This document shows positions 1 to 9,232 of a stretch of 64,000 bases of DNA, piece by piece (position 1 is the first letter of the stretch; each line of letters opens with the position of its first letter). The notes under the pieces are model-generated. The model worked only from the letters and a program-made list of their open reading frames with translations. It had not been told where the DNA came from and searched no databases. The DNA lies in the IMG/VR virus record IMGVR_UViG_3300042451_000960. One strand, given 5' to 3'. This DNA comes from a virus. Taxonomy: Duplodnaviria; Caudoviricetes. Made by a program: the position numbers and the translations under genes.

Positions 1-2
1 AT

Positions 3-1172
3 TTTGTACCATCAACTCCAACATTACCTTCAACATTTGATTTAGCATTAACTGACCCTAACTACAAAATGCCACAAGTTTGGAAAAACAATTTGGCAGT
101 TGACCAAAAGTTACCTTGGTTAGGTTTGGTAGCAAGTGTAGAATTACTTTACAATCAAACAATCAATGCAGTTCATTATTATAACGCTAACTTAGATAAA
201 CCAGTTGGTAACCTATTGGGTTCTGATAACAGACCTGTATTCGCAGGTAACGATGCTGGTGTAAGAGTGAATGATAATGTATCTATGGCTGCAGTTCTAA
301 CTAATAGAAATGGGGCTTTCAATCGTTCAGCAACATTCAAATTAGAAAAACCAATCTCTAAAGGCCTTTGGGGTTATGTAGCTTATACAACTGCAAACGC
401 ACAAGACTTTATGGATGCGGGTTCAATAGCAAGTGGTAGCTGGCAATCAGCGTTATCAACATTTGGTAACAATACATTAAACCTTTCAACTTCTTCTAAC
501 TTAGTAAGAAATCGTATTGTAGGTTTATTGGGTTATAAACTTGATTATGGTAAGAAGTATGGTGGAGCAACTACATTTACATTAGGATATGTAGGAGCAC
601 AAAACAATCCATTCTCTTACATTGTAGCGGGTGACCTTAATGGTGATAGAGTAAATAATAATGACTTAGTATTTGTTCCAACCAAAGGTTCTGATATTAA
701 ATTCTCTCCATTAACAATAGGTAGTGGAGCAAGTGCAGTAACTTATACTGAAGCTCAACAACAAGCTGCTTTTGATGCTTACATAGCACAAGACCCATAC
801 CTATCAACTATAAGAGGTAAATACGCAGAAAGAAATGCATTAGCACTTCCTTTCTTACATAGATTTGACCTTTCAGTTACGCAAGATGTATTTGTGAAAA
901 TTAAAGGAAAGAAAAATGCTTTCCAAATCAGAGCAGATATTCTTAATTTCGGAAATATGTTAAATAATGAGTGGGGTGTTTCTCAAAGAGCAACTAACTC
1001 ACAATTGTTGAACTTTGTAAGTAGAGATGCTAATAACGTTCCAACATATAGATTGGCTACTCAAAGAGATGCTAGTGGTACTTATTTGATTAAGGATACA
1101 TATCAATTCAATTCATCTGTATTTGATGTGTGGACAGCTCAATTAGGTATTCGTTACACTTTTGGTAAGTAA
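3..1172 (+). CDS. TonB-dependent outer-membrane receptor, Oar-like, C-terminal part (5'-truncated by window)
   Basis: Frame is open from nt 3; beta-barrel-type sequence (GDLNGD..NNDL.FVP, YAERN, DILNFGNMLN, C-terminal QLGIRYTF). Confidence 0.8.
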   Translation, partial: FVPSTPTLPSTFDLALTDPNYKMPQVWKNNLAVDQKLPWLGLVASVELLYNQTINAVHYYNANLDKPVGNLLGSDNRPVFAGNDAGVRVNDNVSMAAVLTNRNGAFNRSATFKLEKPISKGLWGYVAYTTANAQDFMDAGSIASGSWQSALSTFGNNTLNLSTSSNLVRNRIVGLLGYKLDYGKKYGGATTFTLGYVGAQNNPFSYIVAGDLNGDRVNNNDLVFVPTKGSDIKFSPLTIGSGASAVTYTEAQQQAAFDAYIAQDPYLSTIRGKYAERNALALPFLHRFDLSVTQDVFVKIKGKKNAFQIRADILNFGNMLNNEWGVSQRATNSQLLNFVSRDANNVPTYRLATQRDASGTYLIKDTYQFNSSVFDVWTAQLGIRYTFGK

Positions 1173-1193
1173 TATCTAAAAATAAAATAAAGT

Positions 1194-1225
1194 AAGGGGA
1201 GTAGAAATACTCCCTTTATTTTTTT
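1194..1225 (+). terminator. Intrinsic terminator
   Basis: aaggggagta-GAAA-tactcccttt hairpin followed by T-run. Confidence 0.85.
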
Positions 1226-1253
1226 GTATAATCATAAAAAAATCGTATATTTG
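1223..1253 (+). promoter_or_regulatory. Bacteroidota sigma70-type promoter
   Basis: TTTG (1223-1226), 19 nt, TATATTTG (1246-1253) just before ATG 1258. Confidence 0.7.
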
Positions 1254-1257
1254 TAGT

Positions 1258-1863
1258 ATGAAAAAAATATTATTAATCCTATCATTATTCATGTCCACTT
1301 ATTCGTTCGGACAGATGAACAACAAAAACTTAAAAGAATATGTAAACCGAATTACAGGTATATTCTCAACTTACGAACAGCATCAGCAGGACTCTACATT
1401 TGATAATGTTGTAGTTTATACAAAGTTGATTCGTAGAGATAGGAATAACATCTATTGGGTTTATACGGAACAAGGTGAAGCTAAAAATTATAAACCATAT
1501 CGCCAAAGAGTTTATCAAATTGCATTAGTAGATAATCTTATTAAGTTAAGAATTTATTACATTAAAAATCAGGAAAAGTTTTCTTACTTCAATCCTAAAT
1601 CAATTCAATCAATTACTCTAAAAGATATTTACTTAAAGCAAGGTTGTGATTTAGATATTCAATGGGTTGGTGATGGTGTATATGGTGGTAGAACAAATGA
1701 TACTAATTGTATAGCAACATTCAGAGGTTCATCTTACACTACAACCGATTTTATGGTTTATGAAGATGAGGTACATAGTTGGGAAAGAGGATGGAATAAA
1801 AATGGTATTCAAATTTGGGGAAGTCAAAAAGGACATTACTTTTATAAAAAAATATCTAAGTGA
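1258..1863 (+). CDS. CpcT/CpeT-family chromophore lyase-like protein with signal peptide
   Basis: PYRQRVY, SWERG..G.QIWG motifs; hydrophobic N-terminus. Confidence 0.75.
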   Translation: MKKILLILSLFMSTYSFGQMNNKNLKEYVNRITGIFSTYEQHQQDSTFDNVVVYTKLIRRDRNNIYWVYTEQGEAKNYKPYRQRVYQIALVDNLIKLRIYYIKNQEKFSYFNPKSIQSITLKDIYLKQGCDLDIQWVGDGVYGGRTNDTNCIATFRGSSYTTTDFMVYEDEVHSWERGWNKNGIQIWGSQKGHYFYKKISK

Positions 1864-2399
1864 GTAAGATTATAAATTTATTTGGTGGACCATCAATAGG
1901 TAAATCCACACAAGCAGCGGGATTATATTATGAAATGAAGAAGGCAGCATATAATGTAGAAATGCCTTATGAGTTTCCAAAGTTGCAAGCATGGGAAAGA
2001 AATGTATATGCAGTTAAAGACCAATTTTATATTACAGCTAATCAACATCGTAACATTTCTCGTCTTTATGGACAGGTTGATTACATCATTGTTGATTCAC
2101 CAATTTTATTTGGATTGATTTATAAAGACCGGTACAATGATGAACCAGAATATCCGGCTATGTTCTATGGACATTCCTTTGATGAATTCATTGTTGATTT
2201 ACATTCACGCTACGATTCATTGAATATAGTTTTAGAAAGAGAACCATCAATGTATCAGAACGATGGTAGGTTTCAGAATTTAGAAGAAAGTATTCAGATA
2301 GATAAGGAGATAATCGGTATGCTTGAAAGATATGAAGTTGAGTATTTTAAAGTACCAATTAATAATGATACTGCTAATATCATTATATCTCTAATATAG
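1860..2399 (+). CDS. P-loop NTPase/kinase (AAA_28/NadR-like)
   Basis: Walker A GGPSIGKS; IIVDSP; RFQNLEES. Confidence 0.7.
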   Translation: MSKIINLFGGPSIGKSTQAAGLYYEMKKAAYNVEMPYEFPKLQAWERNVYAVKDQFYITANQHRNISRLYGQVDYIIVDSPILFGLIYKDRYNDEPEYPAMFYGHSFDEFIVDLHSRYDSLNIVLEREPSMYQNDGRFQNLEESIQIDKEIIGMLERYEVEYFKVPINNDTANIIISLI

Positions 2400-2549
2400 A
2401 ATAATACAAATAATATAGTATCATAATAAATTTGAAGTAACAAAATGTGACTTCAAATTAATTATAACAATTTATAAAGATATTTATTTAAACAAATCAG
2501 CGCTTGTTTTATTATTATGTTATTACTATTAACTTAAACAAATAGAAAC

Positions 2550-2663
2550 ATGCAGACAGTTGTAGATTTCGTATTCAATTTTCACTTTTTAGTAGGTGGA
2601 TTGGTTGGATACTTCGTAGTTCCTTTCTTAGTAAAATTCGCTAAAGGATTTATTAAGAAGTAA
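2550..2663 (+). CDS. 37-aa hydrophobic membrane peptide
   Basis: Read from sequence: MQTVVDFVFNFHFLVGGLVGYFVVPFLVKFAKGFIKK; followed by terminator. Confidence 0.6.
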   Translation: MQTVVDFVFNFHFLVGGLVGYFVVPFLVKFAKGFIKK

Positions 2664-2704
2664 CTTTAGAATTAAGCCCAAAGTTGAAATTAGCTAATCA
2701 AAAC

Positions 2705-2735
2705 AAACCCTCATAGAAATATGGGGGTTTTTTAT
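2705..2735 (+). terminator. Intrinsic terminator
   Basis: ccctcata-GAAA-tatggggg plus T-run. Confidence 0.75.
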
Positions 2736-2858
2736 TTTTCATTATATATATTATTGAAACCTTGTGGTTAATCCTTTAGTGTTCTCCGAAACATTTGAGT
2801 TGAAAATAAAACCCTCAACGAATAAAGGCTTAAATAAACAAACAAAAACAAGACAATT

Positions 2859-3644
2859 ATGTACAACATTACAAACACGTGGTCTGCTACAAAAAGACCA
2901 GAAGCCTTCGTTACGAAAGGTAAAAAAAGAATCAAACAATTTGATGGACAAGTATATCTCTCCGATGGGGATGAATACGAAATTGAGCTATTCAATCCTA
3001 CACAAGAGGTATTATTAGCAAAAATTAAAATTGATGGGGATTATATTGCCGGCGGTGGTATAGTTCTTAGAAGGGGTGAAAGAGTGTTTTTAGAACGCTT
3101 TTTGGACTCGCCTAACAAGTTTAAGTTCTCAACCTATGTAGTTAGTGGAAACAACACAGAGGTTCAGGATGCGATTAGGAATAACGGATATGTAGAGATT
3201 GAGTTCTATTCGGAATACAAACCAATTTGGAATAGTGGATTCCTAACAACAGGTACTAATACCCACACTATTAATGGTAACCCAATAACATTCACTACAA
3301 CTGGAACTAGCGGTAATTTTACTCTAACATCAGGAACTACCACAACGGCATTCTATAATTCTAGTTTAACGGCTAACACATTAGAAGGTCCAAACATTAG
3401 AAATCTATCTAATAAAGTAGAAACCGGTACAACTGAGAAAGGTGGTGGTTCAGACCAAACATTCAAACATACAAACAAAACATTCAATTCGTTTTCGTTT
3501 TGGAATGTGGCTTGGCAAATTCTACCAACATCACAAAAACAATATACAGCAGAAGAAGTAGGTACTAACTATTGTGGAAATTGTGGAGCTAAGAGAAAGA
3601 AATCATCTTTTAAGTTCTGCCCACACTGCGGAAATAAATTCTAA
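2859..3644 (+). CDS. Conserved hypothetical protein with Thr-rich linker and C-terminal zinc ribbon
   Basis: CGNCG...FCPHCG at C-terminus. Confidence 0.7.
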   Translation: MYNITNTWSATKRPEAFVTKGKKRIKQFDGQVYLSDGDEYEIELFNPTQEVLLAKIKIDGDYIAGGGIVLRRGERVFLERFLDSPNKFKFSTYVVSGNNTEVQDAIRNNGYVEIEFYSEYKPIWNSGFLTTGTNTHTINGNPITFTTTGTSGNFTLTSGTTTTAFYNSSLTANTLEGPNIRNLSNKVETGTTEKGGGSDQTFKHTNKTFNSFSFWNVAWQILPTSQKQYTAEEVGTNYCGNCGAKRKKSSFKFCPHCGNKF

Positions 3645-3671
3645 TAAGTTATAATAAATCACAAGGTATTC

Positions 3672-3707
3672 AAAAGAAAAAGGGAGTTAAACACTCCCTT
3701 TCTTTTT
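3672..3707. terminator. Bidirectional terminator at convergent strand switch
   Basis: aaaagaaaaagggagt-taaac-actccctttcttttt. Confidence 0.8.
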
Positions 3708-4044
3708 ATCCGTTATATGCTAAGATTCTATAAATCTTACTCATAGCATCCCATTCGATAATATCCACAACTTTATATGTGGTATCTGCTATTGTTAAAT
3801 TGAATAGGGCTATTGTAGTTCTGGTTGCTTCAGATTCTTTAATATCTTCAATTTGAATTGTAAAATCATTATTGAACAAATCCTCATTCATTTGAAGAAC
3901 TGCTTGTTTACCAACCCATTGACCGTTCCAATCTCTCAAAGTAATTGAATCATTATATATTTCATCCTCTAATCCTTTGATGTTTTTTGATGCAAACAAC
4001 TCTAAATAACGTTGTGTCTTTTGTATTAAAAATGTATTTTCCAT
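3706..4044 (-). CDS. NTF2/SnoaL-like fold protein
   Basis: LRDW..GKQAV...N; VVDIIEWD...I..I.AY pattern. Confidence 0.6.
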   Translation of the reverse strand: MENTFLIQKTQRYLELFASKNIKGLEDEIYNDSITLRDWNGQWVGKQAVLQMNEDLFNNDFTIQIEDIKESEATRTTIALFNLTIADTTYKVVDIIEWDAMSKIYRILAYNG

Positions 4045-4086
4045 AATCTTTTTTATAAATATATGTATTTTTGTTTTATATTGTGT

Positions 4087-4521
4087 TTAAATAATGTTTG
4101 ATTTTAGTAACCAACTACTACTTTGTATCTTATCACCCAATCCATCGATTAATTGAATACCCAATCTCTCACAAACTTCTCTTTCTGGTATTGTTTCATT
4201 GTTCTGGTCACCACCATTTGCAAATACTAAATCGTATCTATCTCCAAACATTTTGTGAAACTGTTGTAAGGTATAGCATTGAGTTCTATCCCTATCGGAT
4301 GATATTAATGCATAATCAACATATCTAATAGCCTTAACTATTTCTAATCTTTCAGAATCAGACATAAATTCCAATGAACCTTTTAATTCTCTTTGGAAAT
4401 CTGAATTAACAATTACCCAAAGTTTATCACCCATTTGTTTACCTTTTTTAAATAAATCTAAGTGACCTTTGTGTAGGGGATTAAAGTATCCGCTAACTAT
4501 AATTGCTTTTTCTTTTTTCAT
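4087..4521 (-). CDS. Cytidylyltransferase-family (HxGH) nucleotidyltransferase
   Basis: SGYFNPLHKGH, FANGGD, KIQSSSWLL. Confidence 0.85.
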   Translation of the reverse strand: MKKEKAIIVSGYFNPLHKGHLDLFKKGKQMGDKLWVIVNSDFQRELKGSLEFMSDSERLEIVKAIRYVDYALISSDRDRTQCYTLQQFHKMFGDRYDLVFANGGDQNNETIPEREVCERLGIQLIDGLGDKIQSSSWLLKSNII

Positions 4522-4524
4522 AAT

Positions 4525-4836
4525 CTATATTGTATTTAAATAATGTACTAATGATTCTCCAAATAATTCCATATCTTCTAATACAGTATGGTATATAATA
4601 TCTTCTATTATAGATGAACTACCTTTATTATCATCTATCAGAGATATTGAATAATACTTTTCGAAATTCTCATCCATCTTAGGCTCTCTTAGTATAACTA
4701 TCGTTACACTACGTTTTCCACTTGAGTGTTGTGATTGTAAAGCATAATAGGTTTTTTCTTCCATAATACCTTTACCAATCTGCCAATCACCGAACCATTG
4801 GTTTTTTATTTTTTTAAAATTCTCTATTGTTAGCAT
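4525..4836 (-). CDS. MLTIEN-family hypothetical protein (start reassigned)
   Basis: MLTIENFKKI start at 4836 abuts upstream stop. Confidence 0.65.
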   Translation of the reverse strand: MLTIENFKKIKNQWFGDWQIGKGIMEEKTYYALQSQHSSGKRSVTIVILREPKMDENFEKYYSISLIDDNKGSSSIIEDIIYHTVLEDMELFGESLVHYLNTI

Positions 4837-4838
4837 AA

Positions 4839-5318
4839 TTAAAATGGTAATAATGGATGATAACCATCCACAATTTTTTCTATCATTCCCCAAAAGGTTT
4901 TATGATTAATATCCTTAGCATCCAACCAAAACCTCTTATCCCATTGTGCTAAATCATCATGTATATAACATTGATACATCTGATATAGGTTGTTCTCTAA
5001 ATCGGAAACTTGTAATTCTCTACCCAATGTGATGTAAACCCTCAATGAACCATTCTCTCGGTTTCTTAATTGGAATAAATAATTTTCATCGGTTTCATCA
5101 GCAGCGATAACATCCCATCCCCAAAATACACCACTACCCAAATCCTTTGCATAGTTTTGTATCACCAACTTCCTATTCGTGTCGAAGTTAGGATTTTTTT
5201 GGGTTTGATTTTGTTGATAATACTTAGCCGCCCAGCCCATAGCAGAAGCCCAGCCACCACCTTTTGGAGTGGATGTAATCACTATCTTTCCGTTTCCCTT
5301 TGTTCGCATTATACTCAT
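4839..5318 (-). CDS. Hypothetical protein (internal MLTIEN-like segment KLVIQNY)
   Basis: ORF in tightly packed operon. Confidence 0.55.
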   Translation of the reverse strand: MSIMRTKGNGKIVITSTPKGGGWASAMGWAAKYYQQNQTQKNPNFDTNRKLVIQNYAKDLGSGVFWGWDVIAADETDENYLFQLRNRENGSLRVYITLGRELQVSDLENNLYQMYQCYIHDDLAQWDKRFWLDAKDINHKTFWGMIEKIVDGYHPLLPF

Positions 5319-5647
5319 TACTTATCTATTGAATATTTTAATGCCGTTCCCATCGTCTTAATCGCATTATGGAAATCCGAAAGGAATTGGGCAGAAACGA
5401 TATGTGTGGGTGATTGTGGGTAGTTTAATCTATATACCCATCTACTATCTTTTGAGTCCCATTCCCCAAAACGGCTCACTTCCACCCATATATATCGGAG
5501 AGATGGCCAATTGTGGTCACAGAATTGGAAACGATAATTTGTATCTGTCTCTACTGTGGTAGTACATACGAATCTTCCATCGTAGAATTCTTCACCTTCC
5601 ATTCTTTTATGGTTGGTTATATGTAGATATTTTTCTACGTCATGCAT
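5318..5647 (-). CDS. Hypothetical protein, MLTIEN-like (YLHITNH)
   Basis: Coupled ORF in operon. Confidence 0.55.
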   Translation of the reverse strand: MHDVEKYLHITNHKRMEGEEFYDGRFVCTTTVETDTNYRFQFCDHNWPSLRYIWVEVSRFGEWDSKDSRWVYRLNYPQSPTHIVSAQFLSDFHNAIKTMGTALKYSIDK

Positions 5648-5948
5648 AATCTCTGATTATTTGGTTGAAGAATGTGGATACCTTGTCCATCTTCTTAACA
5701 TATTGTTTTGATATTATTGTTATTAGTTTTTTATTCGGGTGGTTTAAGGGGTAGACTTCATCACCGTCCGCATCTATGTAGGATGTTCTATCTAATTCTA
5801 TCCAATAGGTATCCCCATATGATGCAGAGGATGAATTCCCATTATGGAACGAGAAACGATAAATCTTTTCGTGCTCTACAACTAGTCCACAAGTCCAATC
5901 GCCAAACTTTAATCCTACTAATTTCTTATAGTTCTCTATCTTTAGCAT
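5640..5948 (-). CDS. MLTIEN-family hypothetical protein
   Basis: MLKIENYKKL. Confidence 0.65.
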   Translation of the reverse strand: MLKIENYKKLVGLKFGDWTCGLVVEHEKIYRFSFHNGNSSSASYGDTYWIELDRTSYIDADGDEVYPLNHPNKKLITIISKQYVKKMDKVSTFFNQIIRDYA

Positions 5949-5952
5949 ATTA

Positions 5953-6261
5953 TTATAAGCTCCGTAATATTTCCGTAAATTTATTTACTAAGTTGTTTAT
6001 ACTTTTTAAGTATGAAGTTGTGACAAGTTGATTCAACTTCCTATCATCCAAATATAATTCGTAGCATAATTCATTCTCATCCATATTTGGTATATCAACT
6101 CTCGATAGGGTTATCCTTCTAACATCACATATCTTACCTTCTATATTCAAGCGTTCAACAACGAAATGATAAAAGGTATCCGTTTCTCTAACCGAATCGC
6201 ATCTCCAATGTACGTTGAATGGATATTGTTTAATCTTCTCTATGTTATCTATTATTAGCAT
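5953..6261 (-). CDS. MLTIEN-family hypothetical protein
   Basis: MLIIDNIEKI. Confidence 0.65.
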   Translation of the reverse strand: MLIIDNIEKIKQYPFNVHWRCDSVRETDTFYHFVVERLNIEGKICDVRRITLSRVDIPNMDENELCYELYLDDRKLNQLVTTSYLKSINNLVNKFTEILRSL

Positions 6262-6560
6262 TACTTAACTTCGTTTATAAATGATTCAATTAATCTGCTC
6301 ATCTCCCATATATCCCTTATATCATTCTTTGTTACCCAATAGTGTTTCCAACTGATATGGTGACATTGTAAAAGATATTCATCACTATGTGGATGTGGTT
6401 TACCATTTTGTAATTTTGGTTTATGACGGGCTAGTGTAACTTCTATTGCTTTGCTATCACCCACATCAACAAAGAATGAATAATGAGTATCATAAGTAAC
6501 ATTCCACACATTGAATCCAATGCAATTGGTAATCTTATCTAAGTTCTCTATGGTTAGCAT
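6261..6560 (-). CDS. MLTIEN-family hypothetical protein (start reassigned)
   Basis: MLTIENLDKI at 6560. Confidence 0.65.
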   Translation of the reverse strand: MLTIENLDKITNCIGFNVWNVTYDTHYSFFVDVGDSKAIEVTLARHKPKLQNGKPHPHSDEYLLQCHHISWKHYWVTKNDIRDIWEMSRLIESFINEVK

Positions 6561-6561
6561 A

Positions 6562-6876
6562 TTATTGTTTATAATCATCAAGGAATCTTTCAGTAATCCA
6601 AAAAATAAATTTACTACGATTACTAACCATTTCATAATCCAATTCGTAAGTAGAATGAATCCAATGATTATCCTTATCACAAAATCGTACAACAACGGTA
6701 TCGCCTACATTCCAATCTTTTGATATAGTCATCTTAGCATCCAATACACCATCCTTTAGAATACGAAATAGGTATTCAGCTGCATTTTCTCTTTGATATA
6801 CAATTTCACAATGTATATCAGCGGTTAGAGCTTTTGTTGTAATATTCAACCTTTCAGGGTTTTTAATCTTTAACAT
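6562..6876 (-). CDS. MLTIEN-family hypothetical protein (start reassigned)
   Basis: MLKIKNPERL at 6876. Confidence 0.6.
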   Translation of the reverse strand: MLKIKNPERLNITTKALTADIHCEIVYQRENAAEYLFRILKDGVLDAKMTISKDWNVGDTVVVRFCDKDNHWIHSTYELDYEMVSNRSKFIFWITERFLDDYKQ

Positions 6877-6991
6877 AGGATTAATTTGTGGCGATAAGAA
6901 TAAGGATAGCCATAGCAACCAAATAGATTACCATTAACTTTTCACTATCACCTAATGCGTTCCAATATTGTTTTATATACTTTATCATATC

Positions 6992-7351
6992 TTATCTATT
7001 TTCTGTCCAATACCTTTTACCTCTTTCAACCACCATACCTAACGATGAAATAAAGGTAGAAAAGTTTTGAATATCTTTCCAACCCAATTCCATACAAGTC
7101 ACACCATGCAATCCCATCCAAAACAATTCGTACTTACCATGTTTGGGGCGGCGGTATAGGTGAATCTCAAATTCATCTTCCCATCGTTTCATTCCATTCG
7201 GGTCATTTTTGTAATAAGGTATTTCGGCAAAATAAAATACATACGAAGATGAATCCACACCATATCTTGCTGCTAATGAAACCTTTTGGATAGTCCGATT
7301 ATGGAATATGTGACCGGTAAGTTTATTGATACCACTAATGTTTAAGACCAT
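6992..7351 (-). CDS. Hypothetical protein, MLTIEN-like (MVLNISG)
   Basis: Operon ORF with similar size and pattern. Confidence 0.55.
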   Translation of the reverse strand: MVLNISGINKLTGHIFHNRTIQKVSLAARYGVDSSSYVFYFAEIPYYKNDPNGMKRWEDEFEIHLYRRPKHGKYELFWMGLHGVTCMELGWKDIQNFSTFISSLGMVVERGKRYWTENR

Positions 7352-7578
7352 ATACCTTTAATCTTTAAAAAGTTAAGAATTGGTGATTTAGAACTATTGT
7401 TTGAAAAGTCGTATTGCTCATTTAATTGCTTAGCCCTAATAAACCCATCGGGCTCTACATACGATTGAGAAATGTTAAGTTCCTTTACCCATTGTTGGTA
7501 TTTCGGGTCTAATGCCGTTTGTAATCTTTCGTTCTCCAAAGCCTCATACGCTTGGACATCATTGTAATTGTTATACAT
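7342..7578 (-). CDS. Hypothetical protein
   Basis: ORF track, co-oriented. Confidence 0.55.
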   Translation of the reverse strand: MYNNYNDVQAYEALENERLQTALDPKYQQWVKELNISQSYVEPDGFIRAKQLNEQYDFSNNSSKSPILNFLKIKGIWS

Positions 7579-7623
7579 AATAAGGGGATTTATAATAAAG
7601 AAATAGTATATAGTATAAAAGGA

Positions 7624-7881
7624 TTACTTAGAACTCTTTTTAGCCCTTTTCTTCTTTTCTACTTTTACATCCACATCCAATACATCAGTAGTAGAATCAA
7701 CAACCTTTATAGAACCATCGTTGAATAACCCACTAATAGGGAAGAACTGACCTCTACCTTCAATGTTGATAGAATGGATAGTACCTACCTTACCCCTAAC
7801 CTTTACATCATTAATAGGAGTAGTACCATAAAGGACACCATCTACCATTACCTTACCATCTGAAACTTTAAAACTTTTCAT
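7624..7881 (-). CDS. Hypothetical protein with basic C-terminal tail
   Basis: First gene after promoter at 7921. Confidence 0.6.
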   Translation of the reverse strand: MKSFKVSDGKVMVDGVLYGTTPINDVKVRGKVGTIHSINIEGRGQFFPISGLFNDGSIKVVDSTTDVLDVDVKVEKKKRAKKSSK

Positions 7882-7920
7882 AATCTTAATTTTTGTTTAT
7901 TTAGAAATTTATTAACATAC

Positions 7921-7992
7921 CAAAGATACGAAAAAATACCCATATAGCAATGAAAAACCCCAAAAATTCCTCATTGATAATCAACACGTTAG
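7921..7992 (-). promoter_or_regulatory. Promoter (-7 TATCTTTG) with upstream IHF-consensus box
   Basis: caaagata 7921-7928; attgataatcaacacgttag 7973-7992 contains WATCAANNNNTTR. Confidence 0.65.
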
Positions 7993-8591
7993 CCGGGCCC
8001 GCTCTAAACCCGAGCTAACCTATTGATTATTAAAGAGATACATATTATATGGTTTTACTGTGATTTCCCGAGCTTTACCATAAAACCACCCCAATATACA
8101 CCCCATACCGAAACCATCAAAAATAAGGGGGTCTAATCCATCCTAAAAGGGAAATAGCTAAATTGATAGAGGTCCACCCTATTAAGGCAGGCTAGGTACT
8201 ACCTTACCCTATAAAAATCCTATACGGGAAAAAACCGGGCTCGGGGCGGAAACGGCATAGGCGTGGGTCATGCCAAACTTTTATTTTCTCAGTCACAAGA
8301 AATTCAGTCCCCCCCGTCCCGTCTCATGCAACCCACTGCTACCAACGGTTGCATAGGAATAGGTATGTATCAATATGTATCACCCATGCCATGCAACCCA
8401 CATCGGGTCTATGTTACATGGGTATATACTAAGAGTATTTTATTTAGCTGAATTATTTTTATAGCCTATACTATATAGGGATAGTACACACAGTGTCCAA
8501 CTAACCGTAGGGGTAAGTAAGTTAGGACCGGTAAGTGTGAACACAAAAGTAACACCGCTAAGAGTGGCGGTTAGTATTAATTGCCAGTTTT

Positions 8592-8816
8592 TCATTTTAG
8601 TTTATAGCTCCATAGTGTACCACAATCATCATCATCTAATGAGTCCTCTACTACTATAATAGATTCACCTACTATATCCTGAAGTAGCTTAGCATCTATT
8701 CTCCGCCAATATCCAAATCGAAGGAACATTTGATTTGTACCAACTACCGTATCCACTTGGTAGGGACCGAAGTTAGCTAGAATAGTTTCGTGTAAAAGGG
8801 GTTTAGAAAAGCTCAT
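8592..8816 (-). CDS. Hypothetical protein
   Basis: ORF track. Confidence 0.55.
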   Translation of the reverse strand: MSFSKPLLHETILANFGPYQVDTVVGTNQMFLRFGYWRRIDAKLLQDIVGESIIVVEDSLDDDDCGTLWSYKLK

Positions 8817-8819
8817 ATA

Positions 8820-9074
8820 TTAAAGTTTAATGTATCGTTCAGTAAATTCAATTCGGTTAGTGATGTGGGTAGGTAATCCCATTTGTTTGGCCATCTCTAA
8901 CATTTCAGTATAGTAGTATCCATCCCACACACCACACAACATATTGTATAGTGGGGTGAACCAGCTTTCATCTCTAGCTATATGATAATCTTCAACCATT
9001 CGAAGGGTAGTGGAGTGAAAGTCCATCATTTTTTCGGAGAACAATTCGTGGCGGTTAAATCGGAGAGTATTCAT
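8820..9074 (-). CDS. Hypothetical early protein
   Basis: Directly downstream of conserved promoter 9087-9105. Confidence 0.6.
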   Translation of the reverse strand: MNTLRFNRHELFSEKMMDFHSTTLRMVEDYHIARDESWFTPLYNMLCGVWDGYYYTEMLEMAKQMGLPTHITNRIEFTERYIKL

Positions 9075-9086
9075 ATCGTTATCTTT

Positions 9087-9105
9087 TTATTACATAGTAA
9101 AGGTA
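9087..9105 (-). promoter_or_regulatory. Conserved strong promoter/leader motif (TAnnTTTACTATGTAATAA)
   Basis: ttattacatagtaaag on +, repeated at 10502, 12767, 27352, 38780, 43166. Confidence 0.7.
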
Positions 9106-9170
9106 AGTAATATATTCGTAAAAGTCAAGGGGTTTGGAAAATATTTTTGTAATTTGGAATTAATCTAAAT

Positions 9171-9200
9171 AAAAAACCCCACCGGTAGAAACAGGCGGGG
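9171..9200 (-). terminator. Intrinsic terminator
   Basis: ccccgcc...ggtgggg hairpin plus T6 on minus. Confidence 0.65.
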
Positions 9201-9232
9201 AAAATGAAAATATAACTAACCAAATAATATCT

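Noticed and set aside
4839-5318. IVITSTPKG motif resembling a terminase coupling motif
   Set aside because: Isolated short match with no ATPase domain in a 159-aa protein
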